DNA of 64,000 nucleotides from Octopus vulgaris (GCA_951406725.2 OX597833.1:22134001-22198000); one strand, 5' to 3'. Shown: positions 25,140 through 39,272, counted from the stretch's first letter. Numbers and translations: made by a program. The notes: generated by a model from the letters alone, not told the origin.

Positions 25140-27025
25140 AATCATCATCATCATCATAGTCACTTAATGTCCATGCTGGCATGGGTTGGGCGGTTTGACC
25201 AGGGCTGGCAAGCTGGAAGGCTGCACCAGACTCCAGCTTGATTTGGGATGGTTTCTATGCTGGATGCTCTTCCTAACACCAACTCCTCTGAGAGTGAAAT
25301 GGGTGCTTTTACATGCCACCAACATGGGTGTTGCTTGCATAACACCAGTATCTGCCATGACTGCAATTTTGCTCAGCTTGATGGGTCTTCTTAAGCATGA
25401 CATAATGCCATGGGTCTCGGTCATTGCCTCCATGAAGCCCAACACTTGAAAAGAACTCACCTCCATGAGGCCCAATGCTTGAAAGGAACTCACCTCCATG
25501 AGGCCCAACACTTGAAAGGAACTCAGCCACTTTGCCTCCATGAGGCCCAATGCTCGAAAGGTGCTCTTTACGTGCCACTGGCACAGGTGCCAGTTACATG
25601 ACACCAGCATCAGTCACGACTATGATTTCATTTGGTTTGATGGGTCTTCTCAAGCACAGTATATTTCCAAAGATCTTGGTCACTAGTTATTGCCTCTGTG
25701 AAGCTCTGTGAAGTTTGGAGATCGTGCTTCACCACCTCATTCCATGTCTTCCTGGGTCTACCTCTACCACAATTTCCCTCCACAGTTAGAGATCAGTACT
25801 TCTTTACATAGCTGTCCTCATCCATAATGCATCACATGACCATACCAGCACAGTCATCTCTCTTGCACACTACATCTGATGCCTCTTATGCCTAATTTTT
25901 CTATCAAGATGCCTACACTCCATTGAACATTGTACATCCAGCAAAGCATACTGGCTTCATTTCTTTCAAGCCTACACATGTCCTTAGCTGTCACAGCCCA
26001 TGTTTCACTGCCATGTAGCATAGCTGTTAACACACAGGCATCATACAATCTGCCTTTCACTCTGAGAGATAGACCTTTTGTTGCCAGCAGAGGTAGGAGC
26101 TCTCTGAACTTTATCCAGCCTAATATTATTCTCACAGCTATGCTCTCAGAACATCCACTTCTGCTACTAACTTGGTCACCAAGATAACGGAAGCTATCTA
26201 CTACCTCTAGCTTGTCCCACCAATAGTTGATGGAGTCTATTTTCCGCACATTTTCGATGTTTATTGTACCTGTGTATCTTGCACATACAAAAGTTATTTT
26301 CCCTGTTAGCCTTCCTCTAATGTTGCTGCACTTTTTTATGTGTCCAAAGCTTACACTGGGTGCATCTTATGGAGTTTACACCTACATCTTTTCTACAGCT
26401 TGAGCAGGGCCATCTACCTGAAGAGATTTGGGATCTGCCTGCCTTCCTACTTACTAAGACTTTGGTTTTGCTAGGTTAACTCCAAGGCCCTTCGATTCTA
26501 GACCCTGCTTCCATACCTGGAATTTCTTCTCTAGTTCTGGTATTGATTCAGCTATTAGAGCAAGGTCATCAGTATAGAGGAGATCCCAGGGACAGCTTAA
26601 ATTCCTCTGTTATTGTCTGGAGGACTCTGATGAACAAGGGGGTCTGAGGACCGATCCTTGGTGAACCTCTACTTGTATCCTAAATTCTTCGCTGTACTCA
26701 TTGCTAACCCTCACCTTACAGGTAGCATCCCTGTACAAGGCTTGTACAGCTCTCACCAACCACTCATCTATCCCTAGTTTCCATAATGACCACCAGATAA
26801 GGGATCAGGGGACTCTGTCAAAGGCTTTCTCCAAGTCAAAAAAAGCCAAGTATAGAGGTTTATCTTTGGCTAGGTATTTTTCCTGCAGCTGTCTTACCAG
26901 AAATATAACATCAGTGATGCTTCTGCCTGGCACAAAACCAAACTGCACCTCATCAAGACTAACTCTCTCCCCAATTAGTTGAGCTATGATTCTCTCCATA
27001 ACTTCCATCACCTGGTCCAACATTT
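25140..27025 (-). mobile_element. 5'-truncated RTE-clade LINE (reverse transcriptase pseudogene, 3' UTR, (GAT)n tail)
   Basis: QFGFVPGRSITDVIFLVRQLQEK..LYLAFFDLEKAFDRVP, VHQGSVL, LLYTDDLAL, VDSFRYLG, LYDACVLTAMLHGSETW, with frameshifts. The 3' UTR has about 33-bp tandem units containing ctccatgaggcccaa. Confidence 0.95.
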
Positions 27026-27136
27026 TACTAGTAATGATATAATAATATCAGTAAATAAAATAACAAATGATGGAGGTGTTACAGGTTGGTAACCTGTAAA
27101 AGAGAAAATATAAAACAGAACAGTATTAAGACTTAC

Positions 27137-27289
27137 CGTAAATTAAATCCAGTAACAGAGAGTCTGCTATAATTCCAAATAAGTTACAATATGGCACTGT
27201 ATAAAGAGCCATAGTAATTGAGTGTAAGGGTAAGATAGAGTCACATCATTTTATTAATCAAGTCCATCATTTTTCCAACTAGATTATAT
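27137..27289 (-). other. Candidate spliced exon (UTR-like or non-coding) of an unidentified minus-strand transcript
   Basis: 153 nt of non-repetitive sequence bounded by acceptor tttttttttattccAG and donor CG|GTAAGT. All three frames contain stops; a late ATG opens MALYTVPYCNLFGIIADSLLLDLIY up to the donor. Confidence 0.4.
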
Positions 27290-30200
27290 CTGGAATAAAA
27301 AAAAATAGATGAAATTAATGGAGATGTTTTGCTATGAGGTAACATCAAATTCTAACAAAGTTACAAATCAATAGAATCACCCCATGTATTTCATTATGTT
27401 ATTGGAATTATAGTTTTCAATCCAGCTGGAATAAAATAAAAGTCAGCTTTAGTAGGATTTGAACTGAGAACCTAAGGTGATGAAATTAAACCTTCTCGTG
27501 TCCTTAGTTTAGTTTTCTATGCTCGGGAACAGTGATGCAATTGTCAAGTTCTAGAAATAAAATTTTGCAGCTGGTTTTGTATATGACATTAAACCAGATT
27601 AGTAGTTATCCTAACTCACAAGTCATCAACAGAGCAATGTTTATTTGAATAAACAGTCATCTTTACATGTACCCTCAAAATAATGTTGCAGTAATTATGA
27701 AACTCTTTAAAAATTAATAAGCAATTATCATAAATTATTTAGACTGATGTTGATAAAACAGCTGCACCAGGATTCTACGGAATTTACTTTAAAGATTAAC
27801 TCTATCATACATTGAATTACAATCATAAAATATTCAAAATTTCAAATTTAAAACTGCACAAGGACTTCATAAGTGATCCTGTATAGGAAGGAAATTGGGC
27901 GGAACTCAATTCAGCAGAGGCAACAAGCACAATACAATATATGAGAGATCAACTGAATCAATGCCTAATATGGTAATAGATGATGATGATGATGAAAATG
28001 ATGATGATGGTGATGTCATGCTGATGGTGTCGGTGGTAGTGGTGGTAGTGGAGATGTTATTCTGTGACATATTTCCGATAATTAGCTTGTTAAAGTGATA
28101 CCATATTCTGTACCAAAATTGATTCTAGTCAGCTGTGAACGAAAAGGTATTAACAAAAATTCAGACAAGAATCAAAATCATTAACACCCATATGTGCCCC
28201 CACCACCACCACCATTACAAGCATCACAATCACCACTGCCATCACCATCACCAATCTACAGATCATTTGTTTCTTTCTTGTCCTCCACTACTGTTTGACA
28301 ACTAATGCTGGTGGTTTTATGTCCCCATAACTTAGCGGTTCAGCAAAAGTAACTGATAGAATAAGTACCAGGCTTAAAAAAAAAAGTATCGATGTCAATT
28401 CATTCAACTAAAATTCTTCGAGTCGGTGCCCCAACATGGCCATAGTCTAATGACTGAAACAAGTAAAAGATAAAAGATACATACATACATACAAACACAC
28501 ACACACACATATATACATACCACTGGCCCTTGGAAGGGCATCCATCTGTAGAAAGTCTGCCATATCAGATTGGAACCTGGTGCAGCCATCTGGCTTGCCA
28601 GTCCTCAGTCAAATTGTCCAACCCATGCTAGCATGGAAAGCGGATGTTAAACGATGATGATGATGATGACAGTCATCATCTTCATCATCATAATCATCAT
28701 TTAATGTCTACTTTTCCAGCTGGCATGGATTGGATGGAATTTGTTGAGAAAGATTTTTATACAGCAGGGTACCCTTCCTGTCATTAACCCTCACCTGTTT
28801 TCAAGTATGGAAATATTATGACCAGAAATATCTTGGAAAATCAGACATGAGGGACACTGTTTGCATGATGGAGACACTCATCAACAATTATCATGCAATA
28901 TCACGGCAAAGACTTACCATCCATGACCATCACATCTACATATATATATATATATAGGCATGGCTGTTTGGTAAGAAGTTTGCTTCCTAACTACAGGGTT
29001 TTGAGTTCAGTCCCATGGCATCTTTGGAAATTGTCTTCTACTGTGACCCTGGGCCAACTAAAGTGTTGTAATAGACAGAAACAGAAAGAAACCCACTTCA
29101 TGGTGTGGATAGGTGAGGTGAGTATGCATGGCTGACTGTTAGTCTTCCATAAACAGCCTTTCCTGGACTTGTGCTTTGGAGGGGAACTTTCTAGGTGCAA
29201 TCCCATGGTCATTCATGACCGAAGGATATCTTTACTTTTACTTTTACATACAGGTTTGTGTGTGTGACAGTTGTAAATGAGCATCATCATTATCATCATA
29301 TAAACAAGATTGTTCATTTCCAGTCTTCCAAGAAAAACATGTCAAGCTATGGGAAAATATTACCTGATTTGGAAACAGGTGAGAGTTGGTGACAGGTGAC
29401 AGGAAAGGCTGTAGAAAATCCTCCTCTACAAATTCTGTTTGACCCATGCAAGCATGGAAAAATCAACATTAAATAATGATGACTATGATGATGATAACGA
29501 CGATGGTGATGATGATGATGATGATGCACAAATTAAACCACAAAAGTAAGTTATGAAATTTACTATAAAATGAATAGATTTAAGTCTTTAGATTTCTTTT
29601 GTCTCCTCCTCTCTGACAATGAAGAATTCCCTGCAGCTCACAATATAATCAAATCATCAAACTTTTATCTACAATATTTTGTGTTGTGGGGAGTGGGAGA
29701 TCTTTCTCTTTGGGAAGGGTGTTTAAGACAAAATTCTTCATAATATAATTATGCTGTTGACATGTTCAAAATGCCAACAGTAATCACGTTATTTTTTTTT
29801 CTCAAGCACCTAGTTATAATTAACATATTTTATCAAGTCTTTCAATGAGATGTTATTTAGTTATCATCTTCCTTCTTTGTTATAAAACACAGCTTTCCTT
29901 TATTTATTTCACGTATGGTACACTTTACTTAAACAAGAATTTCTTGGAATTATTATGTCAATAACACATCGACCAATTCCATTGTCAATTTATTTATTTA
30001 TCAGTCGGTTCAATTTCCTGAAATGTGTTTCTACTGTATGAAATTCCACCAGAAATTACCTATAACTATTTATAAGCCAACTATTTACTACCTCAATAGC
30101 AGTGGTTCTCAACCATATGGCCAGGGTGGGGTATATATGTGTGTGTATATATATTTGTGTGTCTGTGTTTGTCCCCCCAACATTGCTTGACAACCAACGC

Positions 30201-30770
30201 TGGTGTGTTTACATCCCCGTAACTTAGCGGTTCAGCAAAAGAGACCGATAGAATAAGTACTAGGCTTACAAAGAATAAGTCCTCGGGTCGATTTGCTCGA
30301 CTAAAGGTGGTGCTCCAGCATGGCCACAGTCAATTGACTGAAACAAGTAAAAGAGTAAAAGAGTATAAAAATATATGATTTTTTTTAAACATTAAACTGG
30401 TATGAGGATCCAGTAGAAGAAAATAGAAATCAAAGGGGACAACAGGTAAAAAAGGGGTTGAGAACCACAACATTACATGATTGTTTGCCTTGTTAAGCAT
30501 AGCAGCCAAATATCCTTCAGATCCCAGTCTATTGTCTTATATAGGTAAGGAAGGGTAGAACCAAGACATATGTGATTGTAAAGAAAACGTCTTAATCAAG
30601 TGTGGATAGATTCTGGCATTGCTGTGTGGTAAGAAGTTTGCTTCACAACAACATGGTTCCAGGTTCAATCCCACTGCATGGCACTCTGAGCAAGTATTTT
30701 CTACTAAAGCCTCAGGCCGACAAAATCCTTGTGAGTGGACTTGGTAGATGGAAACTGTGTGGAAGCTAAC

Positions 30771-30805
<35 letters not shown>

Positions 30806-31069
30806 CCTTGTATCTGTGTTTGTTTCCCACTACCACTTGGAAAACAGTGTTGGTGTATTTATGTCCCTGTAACTTAGCAGCTCAGGCAAAAGAGCCCGAT
30901 AGAATAAGTACCAGCCTTTAAACAAAAATAAGTATTGGGGTTGGTTTATGTGACTAGAATCCTTCAAGGCAGTGCCCCAGCAAGGCTACAATCTAATGAC
31001 CAAAACTAGTAAAAGATAAAAAATAAGAGATAATGGTTATGACAAAAAAGAACAAAAAGAATGTTCACA

Positions 31070-32360
31070 CAACCAGGCCCTTTCAAATGTGCTCCTGATG
31101 ATGCAACACCTGGCCCTACTACCACCACTGGGCCTAAGAACACAACTTCAAGTTACTCAGAACTTCCTTTGCACATTGTCTAACTTTATATATTGCATCC
31201 TATGCAAAAAATGCATTTTACATTAATGAAACAGGCCATTGTCTTAATGATAACTTTCAGGAGCATATTCAAAACATACTACAATGTAAGCCTAGCCTAC
31301 TACAATACTACATCCCATTTCATCACTCACTTGTCAGTGTACAACATCCTTTTCTATTCTAGGCACAAGGCCGGAAATTTTGGGGGAGAGGGCCAGTCGA
31401 TTAGATCGACCCCAGTTTGCAACTGGTACTTAATTTATCGACCCCGAAAAGATGAAAGGCAAAGTCGACCTCAGTGGAATTTGAACTCAGAACATAAAGA
31501 CAGACGAAATACCTATTACTTTACTACCCACAAGGGGCTAAACACAGAAGGGACAAACAAGGACAGACAAATGGATTAAGTCGATTATATCAACCCCAGT
31601 GTGTAACTGTTACTTATTTAATCGACCTCGAAAGGATGAAAGGCAAAGTCAACCTCGGCGGAATTTGAACTCAGAACGTAGCGGCAGACAAAATACTGCT
31701 AAGCATTTCGCCGGTGTGCTAACGATTCTGCCAGTTCGCCACCAGCATCACCACACACCATATTCTCAAGGAAACAGAAGGAACAAGGTTTCATATCTAA
31801 ACTTGCCACCATGTCACCGACAGGTTTAAATGAACATTTTTTCTTCTCTTCCTAGACCTCCCCTGACTTCATTAAACCCTTTCTTATCTTTCAGCTCCAC
31901 TCCCACTTTACCTACATTTCACTCTCCACTTCGCTTGTTTGTCCTCATTTCATTGCCCTTTCTTCCTTACTTATCAGTGTGCAACATTACCAAACACTAT
32001 GGATCCATATTCGCATGAAAACGAAGGGAACAATGTTTCATATTCAAACTTAGCATCATGACACCAACAAGTTTAAATGAAGATCTTTCCTTCTAATCCT
32101 ACATATCCCTTTAGTTCGTTAAACCCTTTCTTCTCTTTCATCTCCACTCTCATCTCATCTGTTTCTCTTCATTCCATTGTACTTTTTTCCTCCCTTGTTT
32201 CACTATTTCTCCTACCACTTCTTGCTCACATGGTCCTATGTTCCTGATCAGTTGCAACCAGTTTTTTTTTTATTAACTTAGAGGATGTCTTTCATTAATT
32301 TTTCCCTTTTGACTTTTCCCCTGAAGAAGGACTTTGTCCAAAATTTTGGAGTTTCCACTC
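31070..32360 (+). mobile_element. Penelope-like element relic (Neptune-type GIY-YIG endonuclease, tandem 3' repeat, decayed HHR), interrupted by nested SINEs at about 31348-31741
   Basis: QVTQNFLCTLSNFIYCILCKKC../FYINETGHCLNDNFQEHIQ fits the VIYxIxCxxC..YIGETGxxLxxRFxEH pattern. The C-terminus RKQKEQGFISKLATMSPTGLNE is repeated as KRREQCFIFKLSIMTPTSLNEDLSF*. CTGAAGA-a-GGAC-ttt-GTCC-aAAA lies at 32321-32343. Confidence 0.85.
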
Positions 32361-32396
32361 CTCACAGCATTCTACTTTAACCTATATATAAATATA

Positions 32397-32600
32397 TTTG
32401 GTTGGTGCATAATTATTATGGCCTTTTTTCAATAAATTTTATTCAACAAAAACAATAACAACATTTAACAAAACCTGCTTCCCATTTGCTTGGCAGCTGG
32501 TTGGAATAATCATTTAAATTATGTTTTTGTTAAATGTTGTTATTGTTTTTGTTGAATAAAATTTATTGAAAAAAGCCGCAATAATTATGCACCAACCTAA
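32397..32600. mobile_element. Mariner-type MITE
   Basis: TA-flanked TIRs of about 75 bp starting tt(a/t)ggttggtgcataattatt, similar to Hsmar1/MADE ends. Confidence 0.9.
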
Positions 32601-34954
32601 TATATATATATGTGTGTGTGTGTGTGTATATATATTAGCATGGAATACAGATGTTAAATTATGATGATGATGATAATGATGACATGTGTATGTGCATGTG
32701 TGTGTACATGGGTGTGTGTGTGTATGCCCCCCGATTGGCTCCCATGCTGGTGGCACATAAAAAGTACCATCCAAACGTGGTCGATGCCAGTGATGCTTGA
32801 CTGGCTCCCATGCTGGTAGCACATAAAAAGCACCCACTCCACTCTCGGAGTGGTTGGCATTAGGAAGGGCATCCAGCAGTTGAAACCTTGCCAGATTAGA
32901 CTGGGTCTGGTGCAACCTAATGGCTTGCCAGTCCTCAGTCAAACAGTCCAACCCATGCCAGCATGGAAAACGGATGTTAAAACGATGATGATGATGATGT
33001 ATATGTGAGACGGTCACAATTGGAAGGCTTTTAATTATAGATCTGCTTCATCAGAACTGACCTACAACAACAAAAACAACAAAGCAAGCCAAGCTAAAAC
33101 AGAAGAAATGGATTGAAACAAAAGGCCAAAAAAAAAAATGATAGAAAATAGAAAATAAAAAATAAAAAATAAAAATAAATAAGATTACTTTGTTCGTCAT
33201 AGACATAATTCATTGAGATTTGTTGTCGGTACTCTCACATAATGTTACAAATAATTAGTGGTTGTTATGGAAACATGCAAGCAACCATAAACCATTTATT
33301 TATAAGGTGGTGCTGCTGTTCTTTTTAATGTTGTTGTTGGAAAAAAAAAATTAATTGAGGTTATTTCTCACCCACACACAAATTAATATTTTGAGCTTAT
33401 TTCTCACCCACACACAGACATTAATATTTTGCAATAATAACATCTAAATCTCTTTCATTCCATGTCTGCCTTCTATTTTGTTGTTGTTTAGGCCGAGGTC
33501 AACCATGACTGAGCAAAACTATGATCAAAGACAATCCAGCCATGGCCGCCACATCTTGTTATAACAAACAGCATAATTAGGGTAGTCACATTTATCAATG
33601 TATCTTTTATCGGTTAGTCATTTTAGTTACTGGACTGTGGCAATGCTGGGGCACCACCTTGAAGGGTGTCGAACAAATCAACCAAAGTATTTATTCTTTT
33701 AAGCCTATAACTTATACTATCAGTCTCTTTTGCCAAACTGCTAAGTTATGGGAATGTAAACAAACCAACACTGGTTGTCGGAAGATAAACACAAGCACAC
33801 AAACACACACACACACACACACACACACGAGAGCTCCAGCTGATCCAATCAACAGAAGAGCCCACTCATGAAATTAATGTGCAAATGGTGGAGTACTCCA
33901 CAGGCATGTGAACCCTTCATGTAGTTCTCTGGGAGACTTAGTCTGTCACAAAATGTGACAAGGCTGGCCCTTTTTTGAATTACATGTACTACTCATTTTT
34001 ACCAGCTGAGTGGACTGAAGCAATGTGAAATAAAGTGCCCTGCTCAAGAGCACAACGCATTGCTAGGAATCAAACTCACGACCTTACAATTGTGAGCTGA
34101 CTGCCCCTAACCACTAAGCCACATGCCTTCACACAACACACACACACACATATATATATATGTCACCTTGGGCAAGTGTCTTCTACTATAGCCTCAGGCC
34201 AGCCAAAGCCTTGTAAATGGATTTGGTAGATGGAAACTGAAAGAAGCCTGTTGTATATATACATATATGTGTGTGTGTGTGTGTGTGTTTGTCCCTCCAC
34301 CATCACTTGACAACTGATGTTGGTATGTTTACATACCAGTAACGTAGCAGTTCAGCAAAAGAGACCAATAGAATAAGTACCAGGCTTACAAAGAATAAGT
34401 CCCGGAGTCGATTTCCTTGACTAAAAGGCGGTGCTCCAGCATGGCCACAGTCAAAATGACTGAAACAAGTAAAAGAATAAAAGAACACACACACACATAA
34501 AAATATATATATACACACACACACGCACATATATGTGTGTGTGTGTGTGTGTGTATATGTATATATATATACATACACTCAATAGATTTCCATATAATTT
34601 CCACCCATCAAATTCACTCACAAGGTACTATAGCAGAAGGTACTTGCCCGAGGTACTGTACAGTGGGACTGAACTTAATACTGCATGCCTGCAAAGCAAG
34701 CTTTGTAACCTCACAGCTATGCCTGCACCAATTTCAACTTTTCCTTTTATTTTAAAAACATTATGAAGCGTGTGTGCGAGTTAAGGGGGATTTGGCTTCT
34801 ATTTCTAGTAAACCAAGCAGCTACATAAAGGCTCCTTCGTTGTTGTCATTGTTGCTATCTTCTTTAATGCAGTGCTTTATGCAGATATTAGACACTGAAG
34901 CTGACATGTAGCAAGCTTCACTTAGCAGAACTCTAACAACAACAAACTTGCACT

Positions 34955-35075
34955 TCTTTGCTCTCTCACTTACAAACACACTCTCTCTCTCTATCTGTCT
35001 GTTTCTCCCTTTCTCTTTATCTGTCTATCTGTTTCTCTTTCTCTCTATCTGTTTCTCTCTTTCTCTTTTTCTTTC

Positions 35076-35107
<32 letters not shown>

Positions 35108-35592
35108 CACCCCCACACATTGTATCTCTCTCTTTCTGTCTCTCTTAATCCCTTTTCTGTTACAGACACTCTCTCTAGCTATCTGTCCGTTTCTCCCTTT
35201 CTTTTTCTCTCTATCTGTTTCTCTCTTTCTCTTTCTTTTTCTCTCTCTCTTTCTTTCCCCCCTCTCTCTCTCTTTCTCTTCTCTCTCTCTCCACCCCCAC
35301 ACATTGTATCTCTCTCTCTCTGTCTCTCTTAATCCCTTTTCTCTTATAGACACACTCTCTGCTTTTTTTCTCTAGCAACAGACATGCTCTCTCTCTCTCT
35401 CTCTCCCTCATTGTCGGTCTCTCTGTCTGCCTGCATGTCTGTCTGGCTCTCACTCTCCACCCCCACACATTGTCTCTCACTCACTCTCTCTTATTCCTTT
35501 TCTTTCACAGACACCCTCTCTACGTCATGCTCTCTTTAGTCACAGACATGCTCTCTCACATTGTCACTATGTCTCCCTCTCTCTCACCCCCA

Positions 35593-35643
<51 letters not shown>

Positions 35644-35665
35644 ACACACTCCTCACTCTCCTCTT
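34955..35665. repeat. (CT)n-rich tract with internal duplications, followed by (CA)n
   Basis: ccacccccacacattgt occurs three times within CT-rich units. Confidence 0.9.
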
Positions 35666-37567
35666 ACGACATTGATGGTTCATTGAAGAGAAAGACAAGA
35701 AGAAGAAAAGAAAGAAAAAAAGATTAAAGACAAAAGAGAGAAAGGGGGAGAGATAAAGGGTAGGGTCTATGGAGGCAAAGCTAATTCATCCATTGCTGTA
35801 ATAGTTGCTATTGAGACTAAAGAATATAATTTTGCTATTCAACAGAGGAAAGAACTGGAATTCTCTGTTGAGAAATGTAATTAACATGGTTATGGTTGAG
35901 AGGTTCGTTAATAATCAGAACATTTACATCAGCAAATATAAAATATTTCATCATCATCACCATCACCATCATCATCGTTGTCGTCATCACTACCATCATC
36001 ATCATCATCACCATCACCATCACCATCACCATCATCATCATCATCATCATCATTAGTACTCAACTTCTTTAAGTTCCACTTGGGGAGGAAGGTAAGGGTG
36101 AACTTGATGGATGGTGAGTGAAAGAGGTGAGAATAGCTTGGGTGAATAGGTTTATTATTTTTTTTTTCAACATGATCCCATAGGTAGAAGAACACAATGA
36201 GGAGAGAGAGGGAGAGAGGGAGAGAGGGAGAAAGAGAGGGAGAGATAGTGGGGAGAGAGAGAGAGAGAGAGAGCACTCGCCCTTTTGCAGTCTGTGTAAT
36301 CCTGGATCTGTGGTGTTCTTTGATTGGCACCTGCTCTCCCATCCCACCCCACCAATGGCTGTGTCTCCTTCCCTCTTTGGAATGAATCATTTCATACATT
36401 TTGGGATACTTTTGTTTCACTTGACTCTGTTTTACATAACAGATTCTGATTCATTAATTTAACACTACTAATTGACAACCGTATTCGATAGCATATAAAA
36501 CACACTTTTATCCCAAAAATGTGTCACAAAAAAATTCACTCTGGGTCCTATATGCAAAGTTGGTCCTCTCATATGTTTAAACTTTTATGTCTCTGAATAT
36601 GTGCTGCTAAAATAGGAATGTGCCCAATATACCCATGCATCTTTTATGCCATCAAATATGCTCTAATATCAATACAGCCTTGGTTTTTTTATCTGATTAT
36701 GCAATAATTACAGCAACGTTGAACCCTTTATTCGCAATATTACTGAATCTGGAACTTAACTATGGTCTGTCTATAGCACTTATTCAGCATTACCTGACAC
36801 CTTTGGGTCTCAATGACACCATTATCTCTTATAACCTCAACTACATACACATATACCATATTTTATGGTATACAAGATACACATTTACCCACCCAACCCT
36901 AACAAATGTGTCTCAAAACATTACCCTGGGTCCTATATGCAAAGTTGAGTCTTTCATAAGCTTTAATGCACTAAAACTGGGGGTTTTTTTCTTGAACCTG
37001 TGCTGCCAAAATTGGGATGCTTCAAATATGTCTGTGTGTCTTTTATGCCATCAGATATGGTATTCTTTTATTCTTCTATTCTTTTACTTGTTTCAATCAT
37101 TTGACTGCAGCAATGCTGGGGCACCACCTTAGAAGGTTTCTGTAGGTGAAGAAATCAACCCTAGGACTTATTCTTTGTAAGCTAGTACTTATTCTATCTG
37201 TCTATTTTGTCAAACTGCTAAGTTATGGGGACACAAATACATCAGCATTGGTTGTCAAACAATATCAGTGGGGAGGGGACAAACAGACATACACACAAAC
37301 ACACATGTATGTGAATATATATATATATATACGACGGGCTTCTTTCAGTTTCCGTCTACCAAATCCACTCACACTGCTTTGGTCAGCCTGAGGCTATAGT
37401 AGAAGACACTTACCCAAGGTGCCATGCAGTGGAACTGAACCTGGAACCATGTGGTTGGGAAACAAACCTCTTACCACACAGCCATACCTTCATCTTTTTT
37501 TTTCTCTCTAGTTTCAGCTCAGAGCTGCGGCCATGCTGATGCACTGCTGTTTAAAAAAAATTCTTTG

Positions 37568-37638
37568 TGCATCGGCCGGGAATCGAACCCGGGCCACTCG
37601 CGTGGCAGGTGAGCATTCTACCACTCAGCCACCGATGC
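37568..37638 (-). tRNA. tRNA-Gly(GCC), probably a pseudogene
   Basis: gcatcggtggctgagtggtagaatgctcacctGCCacgcgagtggcccgggttcgattcccggccgatgca (71 nt). Acceptor and T arms are intact and an oligo-T run follows. The D stem (GCTG/GAAT) is disrupted and the anticodon stem has an A:C mismatch. Confidence 0.85.
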
Positions 37639-37728
37639 ATCTATGTATCATTGTTTAATAATAACAACTATGCATCACTATTTAACAAAAACAATTAACT
37701 ATGAATCATTACTTAATAACAACTGACT

Positions 37729-37814
<86 letters not shown>
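37729..37814. repeat. (ATT)n microsatellite
   Basis: Direct reading. Confidence 0.97.
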
Positions 37815-38534
37815 TACTAATAACGATTGATTATGTATTTGACACTAGCAGTTGATTATATGAATTATTCAATACTTGCTTCTGGTCACACTACTAGCGT
37901 TACGCACCTCCTTTAGTGAACCCTATTAGCCCTTATCGAATTATTCTTAACACTCATATTTTAAATGTGCAAACCGGATTTTTGGTTTCACAAACAACCT
38001 TCCTTGTTCAATTCTGTTCACCTTTCTTAATTCAGTTCTCTAATGTTTAGAATTTATAATTTTTTGTATGAATTTCTGCTATGGATTATATTCCAAAACT
38101 TTTCTTATTTCTTTTGGTCTTATTGGTGACTGCCTTCCAACAATTCTTTTCCAGGGTTCAACCTCCCTAAATAATATATATTTTTATAAGTTTTTGATTT
38201 TATAATTCATAGTTTTTCACATTTCACCTGATCCAACATGAGTTTTGAAATTATCATTTTTTTTCTGTTCCTCTCCCCAGATGTATTACACTTTCGAAAT
38301 GTTTCTATTTCTAATTTCTATTCCCAACTTTATTTTTAACTTATGTAATGGAATTGACGTATTTTATATACCATACCCCCACTGAGACTCAATCTAAGAT
38401 TTATACACACCCCCAGCTCATGGACACTGCAGATTATAACATGAGATTTTACCATTATGTTTTTCATTTTTCCTTTCTCATTTGATCCTTGACATTATTA
38501 AAAAAAAATTATTTACTTTCTTCATATATCTACT

Positions 38535-38774
38535 GTCTTTTACTCTCTTTTACTTGTTACAGTCATTTGACTGTGACCATGCTGGAGCACCACCTTTAGT
38601 CGAGCAAATCGACCCCAGGACTATTCTTTGTAAGCCTAGTACTTATTCTATTAGTCTCTTTTGCTAAACCGCTAAGTTACGTGGACATAAACACACCAGC
38701 ATTGGTTGTCAAGCGATGTTGAGGAGACAAACACAGACACACAAACATACACACACACACACACACACACACAC

Positions 38775-38821
<47 letters not shown>

Positions 38822-38831
38822 CATACATACA

Positions 38832-38865
<34 letters not shown>

Positions 38866-39272
38866 CGACAGGCCTCTTTCAGTTTCTTATTTCTTTACTG
38901 CCCACAAGGGGCTACACACAGAGGGGACAAACAAGGACAGACAAACGGATTAAGTCGATTATATCGACCCCAGTGCATAACTGGTACTTATTTAATCGAC
39001 CCCGAAAGGATGAAAAGCAAAATTGACCTTGGCGGAATTTGAACTCAGAATGTAGTGGGAGATGAAATACCGCTAAGTATTTCGCCCGGTGTGCTAACGT
39101 TTCTGCCAGCTCGCAGCTTCTTTCATTTCTGTCTACCAAATCCACTCACAAGGCTTTGGTTGGCCCGAGGCTATAGTTGAAGACACTTGCCCAAGGTGCC
39201 ATGCAGTGGGAACGAACCTGGAACCATGTGGTTGGTAAGCAAGCTACTTACCATACAGCCACTACTACGCCT
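38535..39272 (-). mobile_element. Family A SINE with nested family B SINE (38888-39114)
   Basis: Both halves of family A are present, with an imperfect duplication of about 16 bp around the insert (gcctctttcagtttct / agcttctttcatttct). Confidence 0.9.

Noticed and set aside
25425-25560. Short direct repeats resembling a CRISPR array
   Set aside because: Units are contiguous with near-identical intervening sequence, lie in an RTE 3' UTR, the context is eukaryotic and there are no cas genes.
36620-37132. 170-aa plus-strand ORF
   Set aside because: Non-ATG start, spans a local duplication and runs into an antisense SINE tail; no recognisable motif.
37860-38500. Pyrimidine-skewed block possibly from an old LINE
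   Set aside because: No motif could be recovered in any frame, so it is not called.
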